DNA from: an uncultured Acidobacteriota bacterium
GTDB taxonomy: Bacteria > Acidobacteriota > JAQAZP01
Assembly: GCA_963836075.1 (NCBI GenBank)
Contig: CAWIIB010000009.1
Coordinates: 2,784,001-2,848,000, forward strand
Length of the DNA stretch: 64,000 nt
Reading direction: 5' to 3'
Below, one piece after another: positions 9,622-21,137 of this stretch. The position numbers were made by a program, and so were the translations under genes. Positions within the stretch are counted from its first letter, which is position 1. Every line of letters starts with the position of its first letter. Below the pieces are notes generated by a model. That model did no database searches. It had not been told where the DNA came from and worked only from the letters and a program-made list of their open reading frames with translations.

Positions 9622-11196
9622 ATGGGGCAGACCGCCGCTGGATTCAACTGGTCATCCCTCGAGGTGACCCTGGCCGGATACAACGGAGACGTGGAAGTTT
9701 TACGCGGCGGTGACGGTGAGTTCACCCCGGAATCGATCTCCGCGGCCTATGCCCGGATCAGCCGCTCCTCCGACCCGGTGGGCCAGCTGCGCCGCCAGGC
9801 GCGGGAAGAGGTCACCAAGTCTCGAAAATCGAACCGCGCCATCGTCTTCGGCCTGGGGCACCACTCGGTGGCCGAGCATGCCGTTTTCAACTTCGATATC
9901 CTCGGCCTCTCGCGGCTGGCCATCGAGGCCCTGGAGTGGCACCGGCTCTGCTCCTTCACTGAAAAGTCCCAGCGCTACATCACCCTCGATGGCGACACCG
10001 TTCTGCCGGCGGAACTGAACCAGGTGGAAGGCGATCGTTATGCCGACCTGATCGCCGAACAGAACCGGGTTTATTTCGATCTCCTGCCGGTGTTGCTGGA
10101 GCGGCAGACGGCGATCAACCAGGAGATGGCGAAGAGCAAAAGGGGACGGACGGTGATCGAGGGCCTGGCCAAGGAGGACGCCCGCTACGCCGTCTCCCTG
10201 GCCACTGCCGGCCAGCTGGGGTTCACCTGCAACGCCCGCAACCTGGAGCTGATCATCCGGCGGATGCGCCACGCCCCGCTGGACGAGGTCCGCCGTCTGG
10301 GTCAGGCGCTGTTCGAACAGGCCCGCGGCGTGGCGCCCTCGCTGATCATCATGGCCGACGAGGAGGCCTTTGCCCAGGCCTACGGCGCCACGCTGAAGGA
10401 CGAGTATTTCAACCGGGGCCGGGCCGACCTCTGCCGGGCCGTCTCCGGGGTCCATCTCGAGGATCAAAGCGGGCCGTCCGCGGAAAGTGAAGGGCGCGCC
10501 GGCGGGGTGACCCTGGCCCGCTGCACCGAAGATGCCGACACCGCAGTCCTCACCGGCCTGCTCTTCTCCGCCGGCCGGGGGCCGCTGGCCGCCTGCCGCA
10601 GTGCGGTGGAACAGCTGGGATTCGCGGAGCGGCGGACCCTCTTCCTGGAATCTCTCTCTCACCTTTCGGAATACGACAGCCCGCCCAGGGCCTTCGAGGA
10701 GGCGCTGTTCCACTTCGAACTTATTCTCGACGCCAGCGCCATGGCCCAGCTGAAGCGGCACCGCATGTCCACCCAGCTCTGGGGGCCCTACGACCCGGAC
10801 CTGGGCGTCACCGTCCCGCCCGAGGTGGAAGCCGTGGGACGTAAGGATCAGCTCCTCGATCTGGCCGGGAAGGCGGTCGAGGGTTGGGCCGTACTCCGAC
10901 GCTCCCTTGATGCCCGCGGCCAGCCGCCGGAGGCCGCCGACTACGTGCTGACCAACGCCCACCGCCGGCGGGTGTCGATGACCATGAACCTGCGCGAAAT
11001 CTATCACTTCTCCCGGCTGCGGGAGGACATCCACGCCCAGTGGGCCATCCGTGACCTGGCGGAAAGGGTGTCGGGGCTGGTGCGCCGGGCGGCGCCGGTC
11101 ACCGCCGGCCTGCTGGGGGGCAAGAGCGACTATGCCAGGCTGTTCAAAGAAAACATGGGAAACAGGGGAGCAACCGATCCCGGGTTCACCACCTGA
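9622..11196 (+). CDS. thyX: FAD-dependent thymidylate synthase with two tandem ThyX domains
   Basis: GHHSVAEHA, EWHRLCSFTEKSQRY, KEDARY, NARNL; second copy QLKRHRM, NLREIYHFSRLREDIHAQWAIR. Confidence 0.85.
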   Translation: MGQTAAGFNWSSLEVTLAGYNGDVEVLRGGDGEFTPESISAAYARISRSSDPVGQLRRQAREEVTKSRKSNRAIVFGLGHHSVAEHAVFNFDILGLSRLAIEALEWHRLCSFTEKSQRYITLDGDTVLPAELNQVEGDRYADLIAEQNRVYFDLLPVLLERQTAINQEMAKSKRGRTVIEGLAKEDARYAVSLATAGQLGFTCNARNLELIIRRMRHAPLDEVRRLGQALFEQARGVAPSLIIMADEEAFAQAYGATLKDEYFNRGRADLCRAVSGVHLEDQSGPSAESEGRAGGVTLARCTEDADTAVLTGLLFSAGRGPLAACRSAVEQLGFAERRTLFLESLSHLSEYDSPPRAFEEALFHFELILDASAMAQLKRHRMSTQLWGPYDPDLGVTVPPEVEAVGRKDQLLDLAGKAVEGWAVLRRSLDARGQPPEAADYVLTNAHRRRVSMTMNLREIYHFSRLREDIHAQWAIRDLAERVSGLVRRAAPVTAGLLGGKSDYARLFKENMGNRGATDPGFTT

Positions 11197-11239
11197 CGAG
11201 GCCCGGATCCTTGTCGGCGACGGGCAGCCCTTCGGAAAC

Positions 11240-11294
11240 GGAAATGGTATAAAAATGTAATAGAAACTGTTTAAAAATGGTATGGAAATGGTAC
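11240..11294 (+). repeat. Five tandem imperfect 11-bp repeats upstream of the ETF-QO gene
   Basis: GGAAATGGTAT / AAAAATGTAAT / AGAAACTGTTT / AAAAATGGTAT / GGAAATGGTAC, contiguous. Confidence 0.8.
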
Positions 11295-11320
11295 GAATAT
11301 TATATTAACGGAGCGGAATC

Positions 11321-12997
11321 ATGGAAGACACCAAATCGCCTCTCACGTCGTTCATCCCGGCTGACTACCAGCCGGATTTTGCCCAGGACAAGCTGATCCT
11401 CAAGGAGGCGCCCGGTGAAGAGGCCGTCCCCCTGGACGTGGTCTTTGTGGGCGGCGGCCCCGCCGGCCTGGCCGGGGCCATCGAGCTGGCCAACCTGGCC
11501 AAAAAGGACGCTGACGAAGGCGGCGGGCTGGGCGAGCTGGAGATTGGTGTGCTGGAGAAGGCCGAGAACCTGGGCGAGCACTGCATGTCCGGGGCGGTGA
11601 TCAACCCGGCGGCGTTCCGCGCCCTGTTCCCCGATCTCGGCGACGGCGACTTCCCCTTCCGCACCCCGGTGACCGGCGAGGCGCTCTACCTGCTCCGGGA
11701 AAACGGGCAGATCAAACTGCCCACCCCGCCCACCATGAACAACCATGGCAACTACGTCGCCTCGGTCTGCGAGATGGTCCGCTGGCTGGGCAAGCAGGCC
11801 GAGGGGCTGGGGGTCAACCTCTTCACCGGTTTCCCCGCCGATGCCCTGCTGGCCGAAGGCCAGGCGGTCACCGGTCTGCGCACCACCCCGGCCGGCCTCA
11901 AGCGGGACGGCACGCCGGGCAGCACCCACATGCCGGCCATGGACATCTCCTCGCGGATCACCGTGCTCACCGAGGGGACCCGGGGGACCCTGGCCGGGGC
12001 CTGGCGCCGCTGGCAGAACGTGGGCTCGAAAAACCCCCAGATCTACGCCCTGGGCGTCAAGGAGGTTTGGGAGGTCAAGAAGCCGCTGGAGAAGGTGATC
12101 CACACCATGGGCTGGCCGCTGCCCAAAGACGCTTTCGGCGGCAGCTGGTTCTACCCCATGGCCGACGACCTGGTCTCCATCGGCCTGGTGGTGGGTCTGG
12201 ACTACCGCCGGCACGCCCTGGACGTCCACGTGCTGCTGCAGCAACTGAAGGGCCACCCGCTGATCCGGCCCTACCTGGAAGGCGGGGAGATGCTGGAGTG
12301 GGGGGCCAAGACCATTCCCGAGGGCGGTTTCTACGCCCTGCCCGACCGGCTGCACGGCGACGGCCTGCTGCTGGCCGGGGACGCCGCCGGCTTTGTGGAC
12401 GTGCCGTCGCTGAAAGGCGTCCACTACGCCATGATGTCGGGCATCCTCGCCGCCCGGGCGGCTTTCCAGGCGCTGAAGGCCGACGACGTGACCGCCGCCG
12501 GGCTTTCATCCTATGACGAAGGGGTGGCCGGCAGCTGTATCCGGAAGGATCTTTACAAGACCCGCAACATGCGGCCGGCCTTCAAGTCCGGCTTCTACGC
12601 CGGGGGGATAAAGGCCGGCCTGATGATGCTCACCGGCGGGGCCTTCCCCGGCGGCCGGATTCCGGTGGAACCGGACGAGAAGGAGCCGCGCACCGTGGGT
12701 CCCCTGACGAAGTTCACCCCGGACAACACGCTGACCATCAGCAAGATCGACGCGGTCTACAAGTCGGGGAACAAGACCCGGGATGACATCCCCTCACATC
12801 TCGAGGCCCTAGAGGATGTGCCGGCCGAGGTGGCCCAGTTCTATGCCGCCATGTGCCCGGCCGGCGTATTCGAGTGCGAGGACGGCAAGCTGGTGGTCAA
12901 CCCGCCCAACTGTGTCGACTGCAAGACCACCGACATCCTCGGCCCGCGCTGGCGGCCGCGGGAGGGCGGCGCCGGCACCAAGTACAAGCAGATGTGA
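11321..12997 (+). CDS. Electron transfer flavoprotein:quinone oxidoreductase (ETF-QO/FixC-like)
   Basis: VGGGPAGLAGA, GVKEVW, GAKTIPEGG, GDAAGFV, KGVHYAM; C-terminal CPAGVF...NCVDCK ferredoxin part. Confidence 0.9.
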   Translation: MEDTKSPLTSFIPADYQPDFAQDKLILKEAPGEEAVPLDVVFVGGGPAGLAGAIELANLAKKDADEGGGLGELEIGVLEKAENLGEHCMSGAVINPAAFRALFPDLGDGDFPFRTPVTGEALYLLRENGQIKLPTPPTMNNHGNYVASVCEMVRWLGKQAEGLGVNLFTGFPADALLAEGQAVTGLRTTPAGLKRDGTPGSTHMPAMDISSRITVLTEGTRGTLAGAWRRWQNVGSKNPQIYALGVKEVWEVKKPLEKVIHTMGWPLPKDAFGGSWFYPMADDLVSIGLVVGLDYRRHALDVHVLLQQLKGHPLIRPYLEGGEMLEWGAKTIPEGGFYALPDRLHGDGLLLAGDAAGFVDVPSLKGVHYAMMSGILAARAAFQALKADDVTAAGLSSYDEGVAGSCIRKDLYKTRNMRPAFKSGFYAGGIKAGLMMLTGGAFPGGRIPVEPDEKEPRTVGPLTKFTPDNTLTISKIDAVYKSGNKTRDDIPSHLEALEDVPAEVAQFYAAMCPAGVFECEDGKLVVNPPNCVDCKTTDILGPRWRPREGGAGTKYKQM

Positions 12998-13004
12998 GCG
13001 GCTG

Positions 13005-14321
13005 ATGACCATGCACCGGACCCTGGGGGTCGCCGTCATTGCGCTCGTTGCGCTTTTCAGCTCCGTATCGGGCGCACAGGGTGGCGAGCGGTGCCCCCTG
13101 CTGATCACCGTGGACGACCTGCCCGTTGCCGCCGGGGGGCTGCACCCCGACCCGGCCGAGCGCCGATTGATAACCGACGGCCTGCTGGGGGCCCTGGCCC
13201 GGCACCAGGTCCGGGCGGTGGGGCTGGTCACCTGGCGCAATATCAGCCGGGACGGCGACCTGGGGCTGCTGGAGCAGTGGCTGGCCGCCGGTCACGAACT
13301 GGGCAACCATTCCACCAGACACCTCGATTACAACAGCACGGATTCCGCGGACTTTATCGAAGACATGGAGGAGGCCCGGGGACACCTCGCCCCGTTTCTG
13401 GAGCAGCGGGGCAGTGGGCTCCGCTTCTTCCGCTTCCCCATGCTCCGCGAAGGCGACACCGCAGAAAAGCTGGCGGCCATGCGCGCCTATCTCGAGAGCA
13501 CCGGCCAGCGCAACCTGCCGGTGACCATCGATAACAGCGACTACGATTTCTCCCGGCGCTGGGTCGAAGCGGTGCGCGCCCCTGACGCTGCCGCCGGTGA
13601 CCGCATCGTCGAGCAGTACCACGAGGCCCTGCACCTCTCCGTGCTCCATCACCGCAACCAGGGGCGGCGGCTCTTCGGCCGCGACGTGCCGCAGATCCTG
13701 CTGCTCCACGCCAACGCCATCGGCGCCGGCCAGTGGGACCGGCTGTTCAGCTGGCTCGAAGCCGAGGGGTTTCGTTTTGCCGATGCCGACGAAGTGCTGG
13801 CCGATCCCGCCTTCAGCGAGGCGCACGGTTACGTCGGACCGCGAGGGGTGAGCCTCTGGGACCGGCTGGACGACCGGGACCGGCGCGCAAAGGCGCGGCG
13901 GGACGTTGAGCAGCTGATCGCCGGGCAGACAGCGGCCTGGAACCGCGGGGACCTGGAGGCCTTCGCCTCCTGCTACCACGAGGATGCCGTTTTCGTCAGT
14001 TCCACCGGCCTCACCCGCGGCCGGGACGAACTCCTCGCGCGATACCGCCGCCGCTACCCCCACCGGGGGGCCATGGGACGGCTGACCCTGGAGATCCTAG
14101 AAGTTGAGCCGCTGTACGGCATCGAGGTCTCGGTGCTCGGCTGCTCACGGCCGGGTCAGATCCACGGCCTGTCGGTGGCGGCCCGCTGGTCGCTCAGCGG
14201 CATGAGCGGAGCCGGTGAGGACGGCCAGGCGAAGCCGGCCGAGGCTGAGGGGATGACTTTGCTGGTTTTTCGCCGGGATGTTGCCGGGAAGTGGGAAATC
14301 GTCCACGACGCCTCATTCTGA
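13005..14321 (+). CDS. Secreted polysaccharide deacetylase (CE4/NodB) fused to a SnoaL/NTF2-like domain
   Basis: Signal peptide; ITVDDLP, HELGNHS, FFRFP, ILLLH; C-terminal AAWNRGDLEAF...WEIVHDAS. Confidence 0.8.
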   Translation: MTMHRTLGVAVIALVALFSSVSGAQGGERCPLLITVDDLPVAAGGLHPDPAERRLITDGLLGALARHQVRAVGLVTWRNISRDGDLGLLEQWLAAGHELGNHSTRHLDYNSTDSADFIEDMEEARGHLAPFLEQRGSGLRFFRFPMLREGDTAEKLAAMRAYLESTGQRNLPVTIDNSDYDFSRRWVEAVRAPDAAAGDRIVEQYHEALHLSVLHHRNQGRRLFGRDVPQILLLHANAIGAGQWDRLFSWLEAEGFRFADADEVLADPAFSEAHGYVGPRGVSLWDRLDDRDRRAKARRDVEQLIAGQTAAWNRGDLEAFASCYHEDAVFVSSTGLTRGRDELLARYRRRYPHRGAMGRLTLEILEVEPLYGIEVSVLGCSRPGQIHGLSVAARWSLSGMSGAGEDGQAKPAEAEGMTLLVFRRDVAGKWEIVHDASF

Positions 14322-14508
14322 CCTTGGCCGGGCTCCGATAACACCGTCGGCGGCCTCCCTGGGGCGCTACGTCGAAAGAGGAAATTCTTAGGCCGGGCGA
14401 AGTTGATTGATTTTCCGCGCCCATTGCTCTATATAAGGGACTGTTTCCTGAGGGTTGAACCGGAACGATACCGGATGTCATGAATTACTGCTTGGAGGAG
14501 TTCAAGAG

Positions 14509-14700
14509 ATGAAGGTCAAGATCGATCGTGATGAGTGCATCGGTGACGGCGTCTGCGCCGACATCTGTCCCGAAGTGTTCGAGATGGACGACGAGGAAAA
14601 AGCCATTGTGATCGTCGACGAAGTCCCCGAGGATGCGGTTGACGACTGTAACGAAGCGATCGAGAGCTGCCCGGTGACGTGCATCGAGATCGTGGTCTAA
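14509..14700 (+). CDS. Monocluster ferredoxin
   Basis: CIGDGVCADICPEVF...CPVTCI (Asp in place of the second Cys); GGAGGAG RBS. Confidence 0.92.
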   Translation: MKVKIDRDECIGDGVCADICPEVFEMDDEEKAIVIVDEVPEDAVDDCNEAIESCPVTCIEIVV

Positions 14701-14748
14701 GTGCTGCCCGATATCCAAGCGGCCCGGCTTCGCCGGGCCGGACGCTGT

Positions 14749-14777
14749 GCGCCGGCATCGTGTCGGCGCTTTTTTTT
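14749..14777 (+). terminator. Rho-independent terminator after the ferredoxin gene
   Basis: GCGCCGGCA-tcg-TGTCGGCGC followed by T8; a second hairpin (GGCCCGGC..GCCGGGCC) lies just upstream. Confidence 0.8.
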
Positions 14778-14947
14778 GCCCTCACCGTTCCTGCGGCGGC
14801 GGATCATGACGACGGGGGCCCGGTCATAATCGTCAGCGTGCCGCCCGGTAGCCGCCTGGCCGGCCTCACGGCAATGCTCACATACCGGAAAAGTATGCTA
14901 CGCTTCCCCGTCAATCATCGCCTTGTTCTCGAACCACAGTTGAGACC

Positions 14948-16259
14948 ATGACGCCACAGCACCGCAACCGGGAAAACGGTGACCGGGAATACAAAAGGCG
15001 CGTCCGGGCCTGGTATCTCTACGACTGGGCCAACTCGGCTTTTGCCACCACGGTGATGGCCGGCATGTTCCCGCCCTTCTACCGGGCGCTGGTGCTCAAT
15101 GCCGGCCTCAGCGAAACCGCGGCCACCGCCTACTGGGCCTACACCACCGCCGTGGCCCTGGCCCTCATCGCCCCCCTGGCCCCCATGCTGGGCGCGGCGG
15201 CGGACCAGGAGGGCCGGCGGAAGTTCGGCCTGATCCTCTTCATGTCCCTCGGCGTGGCGGCCACCGCCGCCTTCGTCTTTCTCGGCCCCTCCTCCTGGGG
15301 TTGGGCCTCGGCGCTGTTCATCATCGGCAATATCGGCTTTGCCGGCGGCAACCTCTTCTACGACGCCCTGCTGCCCCACGTGGCCCGGGAACAGGACTTC
15401 GACCGGGTCTCCACCACCGGCTATGCCCTGGGCTACATCGGCGGCGGCATCCTGCTGGTGCTCAACCTCGCCTGGTACACCTGGCCCCGGGCCTTCGGCA
15501 TGCCCGACGCCGCTTTCGCGGTGAAGGCCAGCTTTCTCAGCGTGGCCCTCTGGTGGCTGCTCTTCACCGTCCCGCTGCTGCGCCGGGTGGCCGAACCACT
15601 CGGGGAGCGGCCGGTGGGCCAGCGTCAGCCGCTGGTCCGCGGCTCGCTGCGCCGGCTGGGCGAAACCTTCCGCCAGCTGAAACGCTACCGCCAGGCGACG
15701 CTCTTCCTCATCGCCTTCCTGGTCTACAACGACGGCATCGGTACGATCATCAAGATGGCCACCCTCTACGGCCACTCCATCGGCCTGGAGGTGAGGGACA
15801 TGATCGCCGCCCTGGTGATCACCCAGTTCGTCGGTGTGCCGGCGGCCTTCGCCTTTGGCCGGGTGGCCACGAGGCTAGGCTCCAAGCGTTCGATTATGAT
15901 AGGGTTATCCATATACGTGGTGATTTGCCTGGCTGCTTTCTGGATGGAGACGGCCGCACACTTTTACATTCTGGCGATCATGGTGGGGCTGACCCAGGGC
16001 GGCACCCAGGCCCTGAGCCGGTCGCTGTTCGGGTCGATGATCCCCCAGGCGCGCAGCGCCGAGTTTTTCGGATTTTTCAGTACCACCAGCAAATTTGCCG
16101 GCATTCTGGGCCCGCTGGTCTTCGGCGTGGTGACCCACCTGCTGCGGGAGAGCAGGCTGGCCATCGCGGTGATCGCCGGATTTTTTGTGGTCGGCGGGCT
16201 GCTGCTGGCATTTGTCGACGTGGAGGCCGGTATCCGCGCCGTGAAAGAGGAGGAGAAGC

Positions 16260-16270
<11 letters not shown>
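14948..16270 (+). CDS. MFS transporter, UMF1/ATG22-like
   Basis: WYLYDWANSAF, FYDALLP, GYALGYIGG, QALSRS, EFFGFF; about 12 TM segments. Confidence 0.88.
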
Positions 16271-18911
<2,641 letters not shown>

Positions 18912-18914
18912 CCG

Positions 18915-19844
18915 TCAGTTGGGCAGCCGCGGCTGGAAGACGATACGGTCGAAACCCCGTTCGAGGTAGTAGCCCACGGGGCGCAGCTCGACGCACATGA
19001 ACGCGGCGTTCCCCTTGACCACCTGCGGGGGCATGTTCAGCGCGCCGAAGCGCGGCTGGTGGTAGCTCAAGCACTCGCGGCGGCAGGGTTCGGCCAGTTT
19101 GAACTTCCTCTCCTCCGGCAGGTTCATCGATCCGATTTCACAGACCCGAAAGAGGGTGATGTAGGACCAGGGGAAGTAGAGGCTCTTGGGGCAGTCCACC
19201 CCGGCCACGTCCAGATCCTGCAGCAGGGGGTCGAACTCCACCCGTTCCACCCCCGATTGGCGGAGAAAATCCATCAGGCGCGGGATGGTGTAGCTGCAGC
19301 TGGAGAGCGATCGATACTGGCCCGGAGGCAGGCTCTCCAGGTCCCGGCGGTTGAAGCGGGGCATCCGCTTCATCTTGTTCAGCAGCCGGCCGAGGACCAG
19401 ACTGAGCTGCGGGTATTCCCGGGCCGCCAGGCTCATCAGGCCGAACTCGTTGACCACCACCTCCAGGCCCGGGTCTTCCCGCGCCGCCAGCCAGTGGAGG
19501 ACCGGCCTGATCGCCTCCATGCCGTCATCGGTGAGGAATGGCGTGAGCAGGCTGAAGGCCAGCCCTTTCTCCCCCGCCCTCTCCCAGGCTTCCGCCGTCT
19601 CCTTCACCGACGGGATCTTCCGCTCGCAGAATTCGTTGCCGTAGTAGACCCGCTCCAGCCGGTGGGGCAGCTGGTGCATGTCGGCCAGGGCCTGGTTGGC
19701 CACGAAATTCTCCATGCCCAGGGTCTGTTCCGCTTCACCGCCGCTGGGGAAGCGGAGGGCCGCGGGCAGGGGGAGGAAGTTCAGGTCCTCCAGGCTGCCG
19801 GCCAGCAGCGCCACCGACATCCTCCCGCTCCGTTTGCCGTTCAT
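18915..19844 (-). CDS. U32-like partner protein (second subunit of a UbiU/UbiV-like pair)
   Basis: Real start is probably ATG 19844 (ATGA overlap with the upstream gene); RVYYGNEFCERKIP, LLTPFL, VVVNEFG, LGRLLNK, RVC, CRREC. Confidence 0.65.
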   Translation of the reverse strand: MNGKRSGRMSVALLAGSLEDLNFLPLPAALRFPSGGEAEQTLGMENFVANQALADMHQLPHRLERVYYGNEFCERKIPSVKETAEAWERAGEKGLAFSLLTPFLTDDGMEAIRPVLHWLAAREDPGLEVVVNEFGLMSLAAREYPQLSLVLGRLLNKMKRMPRFNRRDLESLPPGQYRSLSSCSYTIPRLMDFLRQSGVERVEFDPLLQDLDVAGVDCPKSLYFPWSYITLFRVCEIGSMNLPEERKFKLAEPCRRECLSYHQPRFGALNMPPQVVKGNAAFMCVELRPVGYYLERGFDRIVFQPRLPN

Positions 19845-20959
19845 GGTGCAGCCCTGCCGTGGGGAATCACGCCGGCGGTCTCCACCCCGTCCCGGTAGTA
19901 GCAGCGGTAGCCCTCGTCGCAGAGGTCGGGCAGGCCCAGGGTCTCGCGGCAGAACGCCGGGTCGGCGTCGGCCCCCCGGTCCAGCACCTTCTTCACCAGC
20001 ACTACCCGCTTGATGATGGAATCGGCCCGGTCTCCGCGGCTGACCACCTTCAGCGAGACCACGCCGGCCCGGGCCAGCAGGGGGATGGCACAGAGGCCGC
20101 AGTAGCGGACCAGTTGCGCACCGGCGCAGGCCAGCATCTCGTGGTCCGCCGACCATTTCCACTTCTCGTATTCCGCGTGGGTCTGGTTGAAGCGCGCCAC
20201 CTCGTCGGCGGTGAGCCTCAGGTCGTCGATGTAGCGCTGGACCTCCTCGTCGCCGGGGTGGCGGCGCAGGTGGACGATGCCGTTCAGCCGCTTGTGCCAC
20301 TGGTGCGGGGTGGACGGCCGCAGCGAGTCGCGGAAGGGGGTGCTGCAGTAGTGCAGCCGGTCCCAGCCGTGGGCCGCGGTGCAGTAGGCGGCGTTGAAGC
20401 TGCAGCGCTGGCTGAGGATGAAGGTCTCGAACTCAAGACGGTCACCAAGCGCCTCGATCATCCCGCCAATCTCGGCCACGGTGAGGTGCCGGGGTAGGAT
20501 GATCCTCCCGGCGCCCAGGCCGAGGTAGAAGGAGGCGGTTTCCCGGTTGTAGACTCCGGCTTCGCCGCTGACGTGGAGGTCCAGGCCGAGGTTCAGGTCG
20601 CCGGCCAGCAGCATCAGCGCCGGGTCGGCCACGATCAGCCCGTCGGCGCCGAGGTCGGCCACCCGCTTGATGTAGTCGAGCAGGTAGGGCACGTGCTCTT
20701 CGGCGTAGGCCACGGCATTGAAGGTGACGTAGACCGGGACACCGCAGGCGTGGGCGGTTTCCACGGCCGCGGCCAGCGAGTCGAAATCGAGGAAGTTGTT
20801 CGCGGCATATTCCCGGCGGTTGGGTGAGACCTGGTAGCCGAAGACCCGGGACCAGTTTTCGGGCACCACCCCGGCAAAGAACTCGCCGGCACCCGCCTGG
20901 CAAACCCGTCGGATGTCCGGTTCCGACAGGTTCGGAGACAGTCCCACCATGATCTTCAT
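19841..20959 (-). CDS. Peptidase U32 family Fe-S protein
   Basis: GAGEFFAG, VYVTFN, GADGLIVADP, RIILPRHL, CSFNAAYC, CGLC, SLKVVSRG. Confidence 0.85.
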   Translation of the reverse strand: MKIMVGLSPNLSEPDIRRVCQAGAGEFFAGVVPENWSRVFGYQVSPNRREYAANNFLDFDSLAAAVETAHACGVPVYVTFNAVAYAEEHVPYLLDYIKRVADLGADGLIVADPALMLLAGDLNLGLDLHVSGEAGVYNRETASFYLGLGAGRIILPRHLTVAEIGGMIEALGDRLEFETFILSQRCSFNAAYCTAAHGWDRLHYCSTPFRDSLRPSTPHQWHKRLNGIVHLRRHPGDEEVQRYIDDLRLTADEVARFNQTHAEYEKWKWSADHEMLACAGAQLVRYCGLCAIPLLARAGVVSLKVVSRGDRADSIIKRVVLVKKVLDRGADADPAFCRETLGLPDLCDEGYRCYYRDGVETAGVIPHGRAAP

Positions 20960-21137
20960 GTATGCCACCCCTCTCAGAGTAGATGTGGTCGTGTCCGTAT
21001 TATTGAAGACGGATCGCGCGCTTGTCCAGTCGGCTCGGCGGAGTGCGCGGCGCAGCTTCTTGCCTTATTGAAAAAATGGCATAATGACAGTCAGCGGGCC
21101 GGATACGAACCAGCCGGCCGATCTCACGGGGAGACCG

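Noticed and set aside
11193-11240. Hammerhead-like CTGACGAG...GAAAC after thyX
   Set aside because: Stem II does not close directly on GAAA (GGAAA, not CGAAA), and I could not build stems I and III.
11240-11294. CRISPR array or iteron interpretation of the 11-bp repeats
   Set aside because: No spacers, units too short, and no cas or rep gene.
14322-14400. Possible structured RNA upstream of the ferredoxin gene (glmS- or c-di-GMP-like words)
   Set aside because: Only short word matches; the consensus order and pairing of those families are absent.
18915-20959. Calling the U32 pair ubiU/ubiV or a collagenase
   Set aside because: No ubiquinone-specific context such as ubiT, divergent motifs, and the protease label is poorly supported for most U32 proteins.
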